Source of the DNA: Sphingobacteriia bacterium
GTDB lineage: Bacteria; Bacteroidota; Bacteroidia; Chitinophagales; Chitinophagaceae
Assembly: GCA_947456855.1 (NCBI GenBank)
Contig: CANGTR010000001.1
Span: 13,318 to 77,317 of the forward strand
DNA length: 64,000 nucleotides
Direction: 5' to 3'
Numbering within the stretch: the stretch's first letter is position 1; the number at the start of each line of letters is the position of its first letter. A model generated the notes under the pieces. It saw nothing but the letters and a program-made list of their open reading frames with translations. It had not been told where the DNA came from and searched no databases. Positions 28,951 to 37,835 of the stretch are shown in pieces. Made by a program: the position numbers and the translations under genes.

Positions 28951-29850
28951 ATGTGGGAAGCATATAAAAAAGGATACAAAGCCTACCTCCGTTTAGAAAG
29001 ATCTATGAGCGACAACTCTGTAGAAGCCTATCTGCGCGATGTTTCCAAGCTTACCGATTATTTACAAATCACTGAGCAACTGAAGAACCCCGCTGATATC
29101 GAATTAAAAGACTTACAAGCATTCGTAAAATGGGTGGGAGAATTGGGCATGACAGCAACATCACAGAGTAGAATGATTTCAGGCATACGTAGTTTTTATA
29201 AATATTGTTTGATAGAGCAAATCTGCACTATTGACCCTTCCGTATTACTCGATGCTCCCAAAACAAAAAGAGCATTACCAGATACATTAAGCTTTGAAGA
29301 GATCGAAAGCATGATCGCTCAAATTGATTTGAGCAGCGCAGAAGGTGGTAGAAACAAAGCAATCATTGAAACCATGTATAGCTGCGGATTAAGGGTAAGC
29401 GAAGTAGTGAATTTAACTATTTCGGGGCTTTACCTTGATGTAGGGTTTATAAGAGTAATCGGAAAAGGTGATAAGGAAAGATTGATCCCAATAGGATCAG
29501 ATGCCATCAAATACATTAGCTTATATAAAGAAACCATTCGCAGCCATCAAAACATTCAACCTGGCTTTGAAGACATTTTATTCCTCAATAGAAGAGGCAA
29601 AAATTTAACCAGGGTAATGATCTTTTATATCATTAAAGATTTAGCATACAAGGCAGGCATCTCTAAAACCATATCTCCACATACCCTAAGACATTCTTTT
29701 GCCACTCATTTGGTGGAAGGCGGTGCTGATCTAAGGGCTGTTCAGGAGATGTTAGGGCATGAAAGCATAACTACTACAGAGATATACACCCATTTAGATC
29801 GCGACTTTTTAAGGGATACACTCCAAAGATTCCATCCCGGGTTCAAATAA
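28951..29850 (+). CDS. xerD: Site-specific tyrosine recombinase XerD
   Basis: CGLRVSE, GKGDKER, SPHTLRHSFATHL, MLGHESITTTEIY catalytic residues. Confidence 0.93.
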   Translation: MWEAYKKGYKAYLRLERSMSDNSVEAYLRDVSKLTDYLQITEQLKNPADIELKDLQAFVKWVGELGMTATSQSRMISGIRSFYKYCLIEQICTIDPSVLLDAPKTKRALPDTLSFEEIESMIAQIDLSSAEGGRNKAIIETMYSCGLRVSEVVNLTISGLYLDVGFIRVIGKGDKERLIPIGSDAIKYISLYKETIRSHQNIQPGFEDILFLNRRGKNLTRVMIFYIIKDLAYKAGISKTISPHTLRHSFATHLVEGGADLRAVQEMLGHESITTTEIYTHLDRDFLRDTLQRFHPGFK

Positions 29851-29906
29851 GATTGTTGAGCATAAACTTCACTTAAAAATATTCCCTTATTACGAAGCCA
29901 AAAACG

Positions 29907-29914
29907 TAGGTTTG
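29907..29914 (+). promoter_or_regulatory. -7 box TAGGTTTG for DUF2911 gene
   Basis: Exact TAnnTTTG 14 nt before ATG 29929. Confidence 0.55.
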
Positions 29915-29928
29915 CTTTATAAAAAACA

Positions 29929-30777
29929 ATGAATATGAAAAAAATAATGATTGCTGCTTCCTTAATCTGCAGCTTATCGGGCATAGCACAAATTAAAATG
30001 CCAGCACCAAGCACAACCCAAAAGATTACACAAGATTTTGGAATGGGTAAAATTGAATTGACTTATTCGCGCCCAAATTCAAAAGGAAGAGTAATGATGA
30101 AAGACAATAGTGAATTGGCTCCCCTTGGTCAATTATGGAGAACTGGCGCCAATGCAGCAACCAAACTGTATTTTTCTGATAAAGTAACAATGGGTGGAAA
30201 GTCTTTGGACACAGGTTCTTATGTTTTGTATACTATTCCTGGTAAAGAAACTTGGGAAATTGTAATCAACAAAGGATTAAATAACTGGGGAACGGATGGT
30301 TATAAAGAAAGTGAAGATGTTGTTCGCTTCAAAGTAAAGTCTATGAAAATGGCAATGACTGCAGAAACTTTTACGCTGCAATTTGCCAATATTCAACCTG
30401 AAAGCTGTGAGTTACATATTATGTGGGGAAACACGGCCGTGAGTGTTCCTATTAGCACCAACGTTAAAGATAGAATTCGTGCACAGGTAGAAAAAGCATT
30501 GAGCGCAGATCCTGTAAACCCATCAGCCTATGGTGCAGCCGCCACTTTTTATGCAGAGTGGGATAACAACAATGCTAAAGCATTAGAGAATATTAACAAA
30601 GCAACTGCAGCCAATCCTAAAGCATTTTGGTTGTTCTTACAAACTGCCAAAATTCAACAAGCAATGGGCGATAAAGTAGCCGCAAAAGCTAGTGCTGAAA
30701 AATGCATAGCAGTTGCTACTGAAGCCAAGAACGCAGATTATGTTAGGATGGCTAAAGAGTTGATTGCCAAGTTATAA
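29929..30777 (+). CDS. DUF2911 domain secreted protein with TPR-like C-terminus
   Basis: Signal peptide; PAPS, YSRP..KGR, WRTGANAAT motifs. Confidence 0.88.
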   Translation: MNMKKIMIAASLICSLSGIAQIKMPAPSTTQKITQDFGMGKIELTYSRPNSKGRVMMKDNSELAPLGQLWRTGANAATKLYFSDKVTMGGKSLDTGSYVLYTIPGKETWEIVINKGLNNWGTDGYKESEDVVRFKVKSMKMAMTAETFTLQFANIQPESCELHIMWGNTAVSVPISTNVKDRIRAQVEKALSADPVNPSAYGAAATFYAEWDNNNAKALENINKATAANPKAFWLFLQTAKIQQAMGDKVAAKASAEKCIAVATEAKNADYVRMAKELIAKL

Positions 30778-30790
30778 TACAAGTTTATTC

Positions 30791-30827
30791 AATAAAAAAA
30801 GCGATGAAATTCATCGCTTTTTTTATT
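30791..30827. terminator. Bidirectional intrinsic terminator
   Basis: Perfect inverted repeat AATAAAAAAAGCGATGAA / TTCATCGCTTTTTTTATT between convergent genes. Confidence 0.9.
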
Positions 30828-30830
30828 ACT

Positions 30831-30921
30831 GTATCTCTTATCTTTTATCTCTTCTCTCTTATCTCTTATCTCTTATCTCTTCTCTCTTATCTCTTCTCTC
30901 TTATCTCTTCTCTTTTATCTC
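30831..30921 (+). repeat. Heptamer tract, 13 units (TTATCTC/TTCTCTC/TTATCTT)
   Basis: Abuts the stop codon of the minus-strand PLP acyltransferase. Confidence 0.92.
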
Positions 30922-32181
30922 TTAATTAGCATCTGCCATATCCGGTATCGCTTCCACCTTATAAGCACCAGCATCTAATTTGGCTTTGGTTTCGCTAAAT
31001 GCCACTAATGTTTCTTGAATATCTGCATCAGTATGCGCAGCTGATGGAATCAATCGGAATATGATATGTCCTTTAGGAATTACCGGATAAATAACAATTG
31101 ATGCGAATACATGATAATTCTCTCTTAAGTCCATCACCATTGCAGTAGCTTCTTCTACTCCACCAGTCATATAAACTGGAGTAACCGGGCTATCGGTTTT
31201 GCCAATATCAAATCCACGCTCTTTTAAGCCAGATTGTAATTTCAATGCATTGCTCCATAATTTTTCTTTTAACTCAGGCATGGTTCGCAACATATCCAAA
31301 CGCTTAAGATTTCCCAATACAATTGGCATTGGTAAACTCTTAGCAAAAATTTGGCTTCTGATATTGTAACGAATAAAATCAATAATGGCTTTATCACCAG
31401 CTAAAAAAGCACCAATTGAAGCCATGCTTTTAGCAAAAGTGGAAAAATACAAATCGATGGCATCTTGACAGCCTTGTGCTTCACCAGCACCTGCACCAGT
31501 TTTGCCCAATGTTCCAAATCCATGCGCATCGTCTACCAATAGCCTGAATTGGTATTTATCTTTTAGTGCAGCAATTTCCTTTAGTTTGCCCTGATCTCCT
31601 GCCATGCCAAATACCCCTTCGGTAATTACTAAAATGCCACCTGTTTTTTGCTTCTCAATCAACTGGGTTGCTCTAGCTAATTGTTTTTCGCAATCTTCAA
31701 CATCATTGTGTTTGAATACATAACGATGTCCTGGATGTAAACGCAATCCATCGATAATACATGCATGACTTTCTGCATCGTATACAATTACATCATGTCT
31801 GCCACAAATCGCATCGATGGTACTCATGATACCTTGGTATCCAAAATTGAGCAAAATAGCATCTTGCTTGCTTTCAAAAGCAGCCAATTCTTTTTCTAAT
31901 TGTTCGTGATAATTAGAGTTACCACTCATCATTCTAGCACCCATTGGGTAAGCCATACCAAATTCTTTGGCAGCTTCTGCATCTACTTTTCTAATTTCAG
32001 GATGATTGGCCAAACCTAAATAGTTATTTAAGCTCCAAACAATCATGTCTTTTCCACGAAACTTCATTCTACTACTAATCTCACCTTCCAACTTAGGAAA
32101 AGAAAAATAACCATGTGCTCTTTCGCGGTGCTGACCCAAGGGTCCAGCATTTTTTAACATTTTTTCAAATATATCTGCCAT
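30922..32181 (-). CDS. Alpha-oxoamine synthase family; likely cysteate acyl-ACP transferase (SulA/CapB, sulfonolipid synthesis)
   Basis: NNYLGL, PLP Lys251 (TFAKS), SQIFAKSLP with Lys281 where BioF/SPT have Ser/Thr. Confidence 0.75.
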   Translation of the reverse strand: MADIFEKMLKNAGPLGQHRERAHGYFSFPKLEGEISSRMKFRGKDMIVWSLNNYLGLANHPEIRKVDAEAAKEFGMAYPMGARMMSGNSNYHEQLEKELAAFESKQDAILLNFGYQGIMSTIDAICGRHDVIVYDAESHACIIDGLRLHPGHRYVFKHNDVEDCEKQLARATQLIEKQKTGGILVITEGVFGMAGDQGKLKEIAALKDKYQFRLLVDDAHGFGTLGKTGAGAGEAQGCQDAIDLYFSTFAKSMASIGAFLAGDKAIIDFIRYNIRSQIFAKSLPMPIVLGNLKRLDMLRTMPELKEKLWSNALKLQSGLKERGFDIGKTDSPVTPVYMTGGVEEATAMVMDLRENYHVFASIVIYPVIPKGHIIFRLIPSAAHTDADIQETLVAFSETKAKLDAGAYKVEAIPDMADAN

Positions 32182-32213
32182 ATTAATAAATTATCATATT
32201 CTTAAAACTGCTG

Positions 32214-32221
32214 CAAAATTA
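32214..32221 (-). promoter_or_regulatory. -7 box TAATTTTG for the PLP acyltransferase
   Basis: Exact TAnnTTTG on minus strand 32 nt before the start. Confidence 0.6.
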
Positions 32222-32290
32222 ACCAATAAGTAGGAAAGTGCAAACGGTTTTATATATGCAAACCTTACCTTTAGCCTCTAATTAACGAAA

Positions 32291-33982
32291 ATGAAATCAA
32301 TTAGCATTGAAAAAGCCTTTAAAATAGGTGTTTTTACTCCCTTAATGGTGTTAGTAATTATTGTTGGCAATAGCAGTTTTTTGCTTGCTCAAAAATCGGT
32401 TAAGCAACCTGTAAATGCATCTGCCCCTAAGCTAGTAGTTGGCATTGTGATTGATCAAATGAGGTGGGATTATCTCTATCGTTTTGCCCCTTTGTTTAAG
32501 GCCAATGGTGGTTTCAAAAGAATGATGAATAATGGATTTAGTTGCGATAATACCCAAATTGGCTACACCCCTTCTGTAACTGCTTGTGGTCATACAGGTA
32601 TATACACAGGTTCTGTTCCTGCAATTCATGGAATTACTGGCAATGCCTGGTATGATGGGCAGTTAAAAAGATCGGTGTATTGCAGTGAAGATAAAACTGT
32701 AGATGGCGTTGGAACTAAAGGCGCAAGCGATGGGCAGATGAGTCCTCGCAATATGTTAACCACTTCTATTTGCGATGAGTTGAGATTGGCCACCAATTTT
32801 AAAAGTAAAGTAATTGGTGTAGCATTAAAAGATAGAGGCTCTATCTTGCCAGCAGGTCATAGTGCCAATGGGGCATATTGGTTCGATTCAAAAAGTGGTT
32901 ATTTTATAACCAGCACATATTACATGAATCAATTACCAGAATGGGTGAATAATTTCAACAAAAGAAATTTACCAGATTCATTGATGAAATTGGGTTGGAC
33001 CAAAAAATTAAAAGATGAAGAATACTTAAACTATGCAACGGCTGATGAAAAATCATACGAAAATCAACCTTTTGGCAAAGAGCAAACCAAAATGCCTTAT
33101 ACCTTAACCAGAACAGCAACTGAAGGATTTGGAAAACTTTCATCATCACCACATGGCAATACTTTAACTGCAGAAATGGCCAAAGCAGCTGTGATTGCAG
33201 AAGAATTGGGCAAAGATGCTATTACCGATTTCTTGGCTGTTAGTTTTTCTTCGCCTGATTATATTGGTCATGCATTTGGTCCCAATTCTTGGGAAAATCT
33301 AGACGACTATATTCGGTTGGATGAAGAGCTGGGAAAACTTTTTGACTTTTTAGATGCCACTGTTGGAAAAGGCACCTATACATCATTCTTAAGTGCCGAT
33401 CATGCGGTTGCCCATGTTCCAGCATTTATGAAAGAAAACAAATTGCCTGGCGGAGTAATCAGTGATAGCAAAGTATCTGCTGATCTCAATGGAAAAATTA
33501 AAGAAAAGTTTGGAATTGACAATGCTATTGTAAGCATGTATAATTATCAAGTTCATTTTAACCGCTCTAAAGTAGATAGCTTAAACATTAATAAAACACA
33601 ATTGAATGATTTTGTAATTCAATATTTGTTGAAATTAGAACAAGTTTCCAATGCATTTCCAACCGCATCTATTCTTAGTGCCCCAATGCCACAGGTTTTA
33701 AGAGAAAAATTGGCCAATGGATTTTTCTACAACAGAAGTGGCGATATACAAATAGTGTTAAAGCCTGGTTATATTGATGGTAATGACAAAGGCACTACCC
33801 ATGGTTTATGGTATCCATATGATGCCCATATTCCTCTATTGTGGTATGGATTTGGCATTAAACAAGGAAAATCAAATAGGGAAGTATATATGCATGATAT
33901 TGCTTCTACCATTGCTGCGCTTTTGCATATTCAAATGCCAAGTGGAAATATTGGAAAACCCATTGAAGAAGTGTTGAAATAA
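32291..33982 (+). CDS. pafA: Alkaline phosphatase PafA family
   Basis: GIVIDQMRWDY, TACGH (Thr nucleophile), SPDYIGH, SADHA, GTTHG. Confidence 0.9.
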   Translation: MKSISIEKAFKIGVFTPLMVLVIIVGNSSFLLAQKSVKQPVNASAPKLVVGIVIDQMRWDYLYRFAPLFKANGGFKRMMNNGFSCDNTQIGYTPSVTACGHTGIYTGSVPAIHGITGNAWYDGQLKRSVYCSEDKTVDGVGTKGASDGQMSPRNMLTTSICDELRLATNFKSKVIGVALKDRGSILPAGHSANGAYWFDSKSGYFITSTYYMNQLPEWVNNFNKRNLPDSLMKLGWTKKLKDEEYLNYATADEKSYENQPFGKEQTKMPYTLTRTATEGFGKLSSSPHGNTLTAEMAKAAVIAEELGKDAITDFLAVSFSSPDYIGHAFGPNSWENLDDYIRLDEELGKLFDFLDATVGKGTYTSFLSADHAVAHVPAFMKENKLPGGVISDSKVSADLNGKIKEKFGIDNAIVSMYNYQVHFNRSKVDSLNINKTQLNDFVIQYLLKLEQVSNAFPTASILSAPMPQVLREKLANGFFYNRSGDIQIVLKPGYIDGNDKGTTHGLWYPYDAHIPLLWYGFGIKQGKSNREVYMHDIASTIAALLHIQMPSGNIGKPIEEVLK

Positions 33983-34068
33983 CCAAAAGAAAAAGATTAT
34001 AGCCATAAGCTATAAATCAATGCCTACATTTTTCAAATTCAATAATATATTGCACAAAACAATCCTCC

Positions 34069-36879
34069 ATGAAAAAACAAATTCAACTGATTTTATTGGG
34101 AATTTTGGTGGTATTCAGCACCAATGCTCAATTAAATTTATCCGACAAAATTCCATTTGATTCAAAAGTAAAAATGGGCAAACTCTCCAACGGATTAACT
34201 TATTATATAAGGGCCAACCAAAAGCCTGAGAAAAAAGTAGAATTGCGATTGGTAGTAAATGCAGGTTCTATTTTAGAAGACGATGATCAGCAAGGTTTGG
34301 CGCATTTTACCGAACACATGTCTTTTAACGGCACAAAGAACTTCAAAAAAAATGAGTTGGTTAGTTTTTTACAAAGTATTGGAGTAGACTTTGGCGCTGA
34401 CTTAAATGCTTATACCAGTTTTAATGAAACGGTGTATATTCTTCCAATTCCATTAAGCGATCCGAATAATTTTAAGAAGGGTTTGCTTGTTTTACAAGAT
34501 TGGGCTTCTGCTGTAACATTCGACAATAAACAAATTGATGATGAACGCGGCATTGTTTTAGAAGAAAGCAGATCCGGCAAAGGAGCAGACGACAGAATGG
34601 GAAGAAAAGTTTATACCAAACAATATGAAGGATCTAAATACGCAGAAAGATTACCGATTGGCAAAGACAGTATTTTAAAATCATTTAAATACGATGCCAT
34701 CAAGCGTTTTTATCGCGACTGGTATCGCCCTAATTTAATGGCAGTTGTTGTTGTTGGAGATATTGATGTTGCAGAAACAGAAAAAATGATTCAAACAATG
34801 TTTGGCGGATTAAAAAATCCAGCTAACCCGCGTCCTAGAATTTTACCAACACTTCCAGTTAGAACAAAAAATGAATCATTGGTAATTACAGACAAAGAAG
34901 CCACCAATTTTAGAATTCAGTTGAACTATGGAGCAGTTCCTTCAAAAACAGAACTTACCATTGGCGATTATAGAAAAGAAACGTTGATTAAAAACATGTT
35001 TACTTCCATGCTCAACCAACGCATGAGCGAATTGGCCCAAAGCGCCAATCCTCCTTTCATTGGAGCAGGTGCTGGCTTTGGTTCTGAAGCTAGAGGTTAT
35101 GAAGGATTTATAAATGTTGCCATCCCGGGTAAAAAAGGAATTGATACAGCACTCAATGCATTGATCACAGAAGTAGAAAGAGTAAAGAAATTTGGGTTCA
35201 CGCAAGGTGAATTAGAAAGAGCCAAAAAATCTGAATTGGCCTCCATTGAAAGAAGCTATAACAACAGAGACAAAACAGCATCTGAGCAAATTGTTGAAGA
35301 GTATATTCGTCATTTTTTAGAACAGGAACCTGCTCCAGGAATAGAAACAGAATATAAATATGCTCAGGAGCTTTTGCCTGCTATTCAGTTACAAGAAGTA
35401 AATGCCATTGCCAATGAATTAAAGCAAACTCAACAGTTTTTTGCCAGTGTTCAAGGCCCAGAAAAATCCGAAACACCTATCCCTACTGGCGCTTCTTTGC
35501 TTGCTGCTATCGAAAATATTAGTAAGGCCCCTATAAAAGCCTATGAAGAAAAATCGATTGCAACCAGTTTGTTAAAGACAAAACCAACCCCAGGTAACTT
35601 AGTAAAAGAAACCAAGAATGAAACTTTAGGAATCACTGAATTACAGTACAGCAACGGAACAAAGGTTATTCTGAAGCCTACCAATTTTAAGCAAGACGAA
35701 ATTATCATGACCGGATTTAAAAAAGGCGGAATTAATACTTATAGTCTTGAAGATAAATACAGCGCAGAAAATGCAAGCACTATTATTCAACAAATGGGTA
35801 TTGGAGATTTTACTCCAGTAGATCTTCGTAAATTTTTAGCTGGGAAAATAGCAGCTGCAAGTGTAGGCCTTAGTGCTATCAATGTAAGTGCTGGTGGCAG
35901 AAGTTCTATCAAAGACGTTGAAACCATGTTTCAATTACTCTACTTGAATTTTACCAATACTAGAAAAGATGAAGCACTTTTCACTGCTTGGAAAGAGAAA
36001 CAGAAAACACAAATGCAATTCATGACTGCAGATCCGCAATTTGCTTTCTTAGATTCTGTATACAAGGTTTTATACGATGGAAACCCACTTGCACCTACAC
36101 AAATTCCAAAACCTGGTAATTACGATAAAATAAATTTAGACAGATCACTAGCTATCTACAAAGAGCTAACTTCTGACGCAAATGATTTCACCTTCATCAT
36201 GGTGGGCAATATTGATGTTGAAGCAATCAAGCCATTATTAGCTACCTACATAGCAAGTTTACCATCAAAAGGTGGTATTGGAAAAATTGGAGACAATGGG
36301 GTAAGGGTAAAAAAAGGAGTAAAGGATTTTACTGTTTACAAGGGCAAGGAACAAAAGAGTTTTATATTAAATATTTATTCAGGAGAAGTTCCTTATTCCG
36401 AAGATTTGGCATTTAAAGCAGAAATGTTGGCTGAAATTTTAAATATTAAAATCATAGAAGATTTAAGAGAAAAAATTGGCGGAATTTATAGCGGCGGAAT
36501 TAATGGCACAGTTCAAAAATACCCTTACAACAGTTATATATTTGGGCTTCAATTACCTTGTGGGCCTGAAAACGTAGATAAATTAAAGAAAGCTGCTGCT
36601 GAAGAAATTGAGAAAATAAAAACCAATGGCCCCGAACAAAAAGACCTAGACAAAGTGAAGAAATCATTGATGGAAAAATACACCGTGAATATGAAAGAAA
36701 ATAATTTCTGGACTGGCGTTTTACAAGGAATTTATTTCAGTGACAAAGACCCTCAAAGGACATTAAATTATGAAAAAGTAGTTGCTGATATAACTGTAGC
36801 TGATATTAAAAAAGCGGCCAACCTATTATTTGATGGAAAAAATATCATTGGTGGTATATTGCTTCCTGAGAAACAATAA
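34069..36879 (+). CDS. M16 family zinc protease (insulinase/PqqL-like)
   Basis: Signal peptide; inverted zinc motif HFTEH; NAYTSF; tandem M16 domains. Confidence 0.93.
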   Translation: MKKQIQLILLGILVVFSTNAQLNLSDKIPFDSKVKMGKLSNGLTYYIRANQKPEKKVELRLVVNAGSILEDDDQQGLAHFTEHMSFNGTKNFKKNELVSFLQSIGVDFGADLNAYTSFNETVYILPIPLSDPNNFKKGLLVLQDWASAVTFDNKQIDDERGIVLEESRSGKGADDRMGRKVYTKQYEGSKYAERLPIGKDSILKSFKYDAIKRFYRDWYRPNLMAVVVVGDIDVAETEKMIQTMFGGLKNPANPRPRILPTLPVRTKNESLVITDKEATNFRIQLNYGAVPSKTELTIGDYRKETLIKNMFTSMLNQRMSELAQSANPPFIGAGAGFGSEARGYEGFINVAIPGKKGIDTALNALITEVERVKKFGFTQGELERAKKSELASIERSYNNRDKTASEQIVEEYIRHFLEQEPAPGIETEYKYAQELLPAIQLQEVNAIANELKQTQQFFASVQGPEKSETPIPTGASLLAAIENISKAPIKAYEEKSIATSLLKTKPTPGNLVKETKNETLGITELQYSNGTKVILKPTNFKQDEIIMTGFKKGGINTYSLEDKYSAENASTIIQQMGIGDFTPVDLRKFLAGKIAAASVGLSAINVSAGGRSSIKDVETMFQLLYLNFTNTRKDEALFTAWKEKQKTQMQFMTADPQFAFLDSVYKVLYDGNPLAPTQIPKPGNYDKINLDRSLAIYKELTSDANDFTFIMVGNIDVEAIKPLLATYIASLPSKGGIGKIGDNGVRVKKGVKDFTVYKGKEQKSFILNIYSGEVPYSEDLAFKAEMLAEILNIKIIEDLREKIGGIYSGGINGTVQKYPYNSYIFGLQLPCGPENVDKLKKAAAEEIEKIKTNGPEQKDLDKVKKSLMEKYTVNMKENNFWTGVLQGIYFSDKDPQRTLNYEKVVADITVADIKKAANLLFDGKNIIGGILLPEKQ

Positions 36880-36919
36880 CACATGATCATGCTATAATCA
36901 AAAAGGACCCGTTCTAGAT

Positions 36920-36958
36920 TGCCCCCAAAAAGTTAGCCACTTAATGGGGGCATTTTTT
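36920..36958 (+). terminator. Repeated hairpin TGCCCCCAAAAAGTTAGCCACTTAATGGGGGCA plus T-run (copy 1)
   Basis: 8-bp outer stem, AAGT/ACTT inner stem, T tail; 40 nt after the M16 stop. Confidence 0.75.
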
Positions 36959-36991
36959 ATTTACTATATTTACGCATACAGCATTCAATCA

Positions 36992-37789
36992 TTGAAAAAG
37001 AGAATCAAAAAAATAGTTAAAAGTTCAAATTCAAGGAATTGGCTGAGCGAAATACATTTTCGAACACAACAAGCAACCCATCTAATTAAGAATACATTTT
37101 TTAGAATTAAGCATCCTGAATTAGCCATTCCAACAGACCGAGATTTATTTGAAACATTTCAACTTGATTATGCCCTGTATTTTTCAGATGGGCAATTGGC
37201 TGCAAATGAGTTGATTGAATGGAGTAAGCCCTATTTATTAAATGATGCATTGCATATACTCGATTGGGGATCTGGCGTTGGGAGAATCATTCAGCATATT
37301 CCTGCTATATTACCAAAAGCGATTTGCTATGGCGCAGACATCAATCAACAAAGAATCAGTTGGTGCAGAAAGCACATAGATGATGTACTATTTGATTCTA
37401 TAGAAGATCAGCAACTACCCTATCCTTCCGAATTATTTGATCTTGTTATTGGCATATCCGTATTTACACATATTCAAGGCAATGATCAAGCATTTTGGTT
37501 GAAAGAATTGCATAGAATTACTAAACCAGGAGCTGTTGTTGTTGTTTCTACGCATGGATCTTTTTTTGAGAAAAACATGAATACAGCTGAATTGAGCACT
37601 TACCAATTAAAAGGCTGGCAAAGCAATAACTATCAAGAAAAAGGGCATCGCTTATTAAGCACTTATAACAAGGCTTCCCATTTCAAAGAATTAGCAGGGC
37701 CCTATTTTAATGTCCAAAAGCATTATGATGGAAAAAGCCACCCAGAAAAACTGGGTGGCCAAGATATTTGGATATTAATAAATCAATAA
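36992..37789 (+). CDS. Class I SAM-dependent methyltransferase
   Basis: ILDWGSGVGR motif I, FDLVIGISVFTH; TTG 36992 preferred because track start 36944 lies inside the terminator. Confidence 0.85.
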   Translation: MKKRIKKIVKSSNSRNWLSEIHFRTQQATHLIKNTFFRIKHPELAIPTDRDLFETFQLDYALYFSDGQLAANELIEWSKPYLLNDALHILDWGSGVGRIIQHIPAILPKAICYGADINQQRISWCRKHIDDVLFDSIEDQQLPYPSELFDLVIGISVFTHIQGNDQAFWLKELHRITKPGAVVVVSTHGSFFEKNMNTAELSTYQLKGWQSNNYQEKGHRLLSTYNKASHFKELAGPYFNVQKHYDGKSHPEKLGGQDIWILINQ

Positions 37790-37835
37790 GTGAACTTTAT
37801 TCCGCCTTATTCTCCTTCTGATATATCTATCTTAC

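Noticed and set aside
28951-29850. Tyrosine recombinase as a prophage or ICE integrase
   Set aside because: Size and motifs match housekeeping XerD; flanked by core genes with no att sites, tRNA or cargo seen.
30831-30921. Heptamer arrays (here and at 59398, 60472, 63620) as CRISPR arrays
   Set aside because: Contiguous 7-bp units with no unique spacers, and no cas genes in the window.
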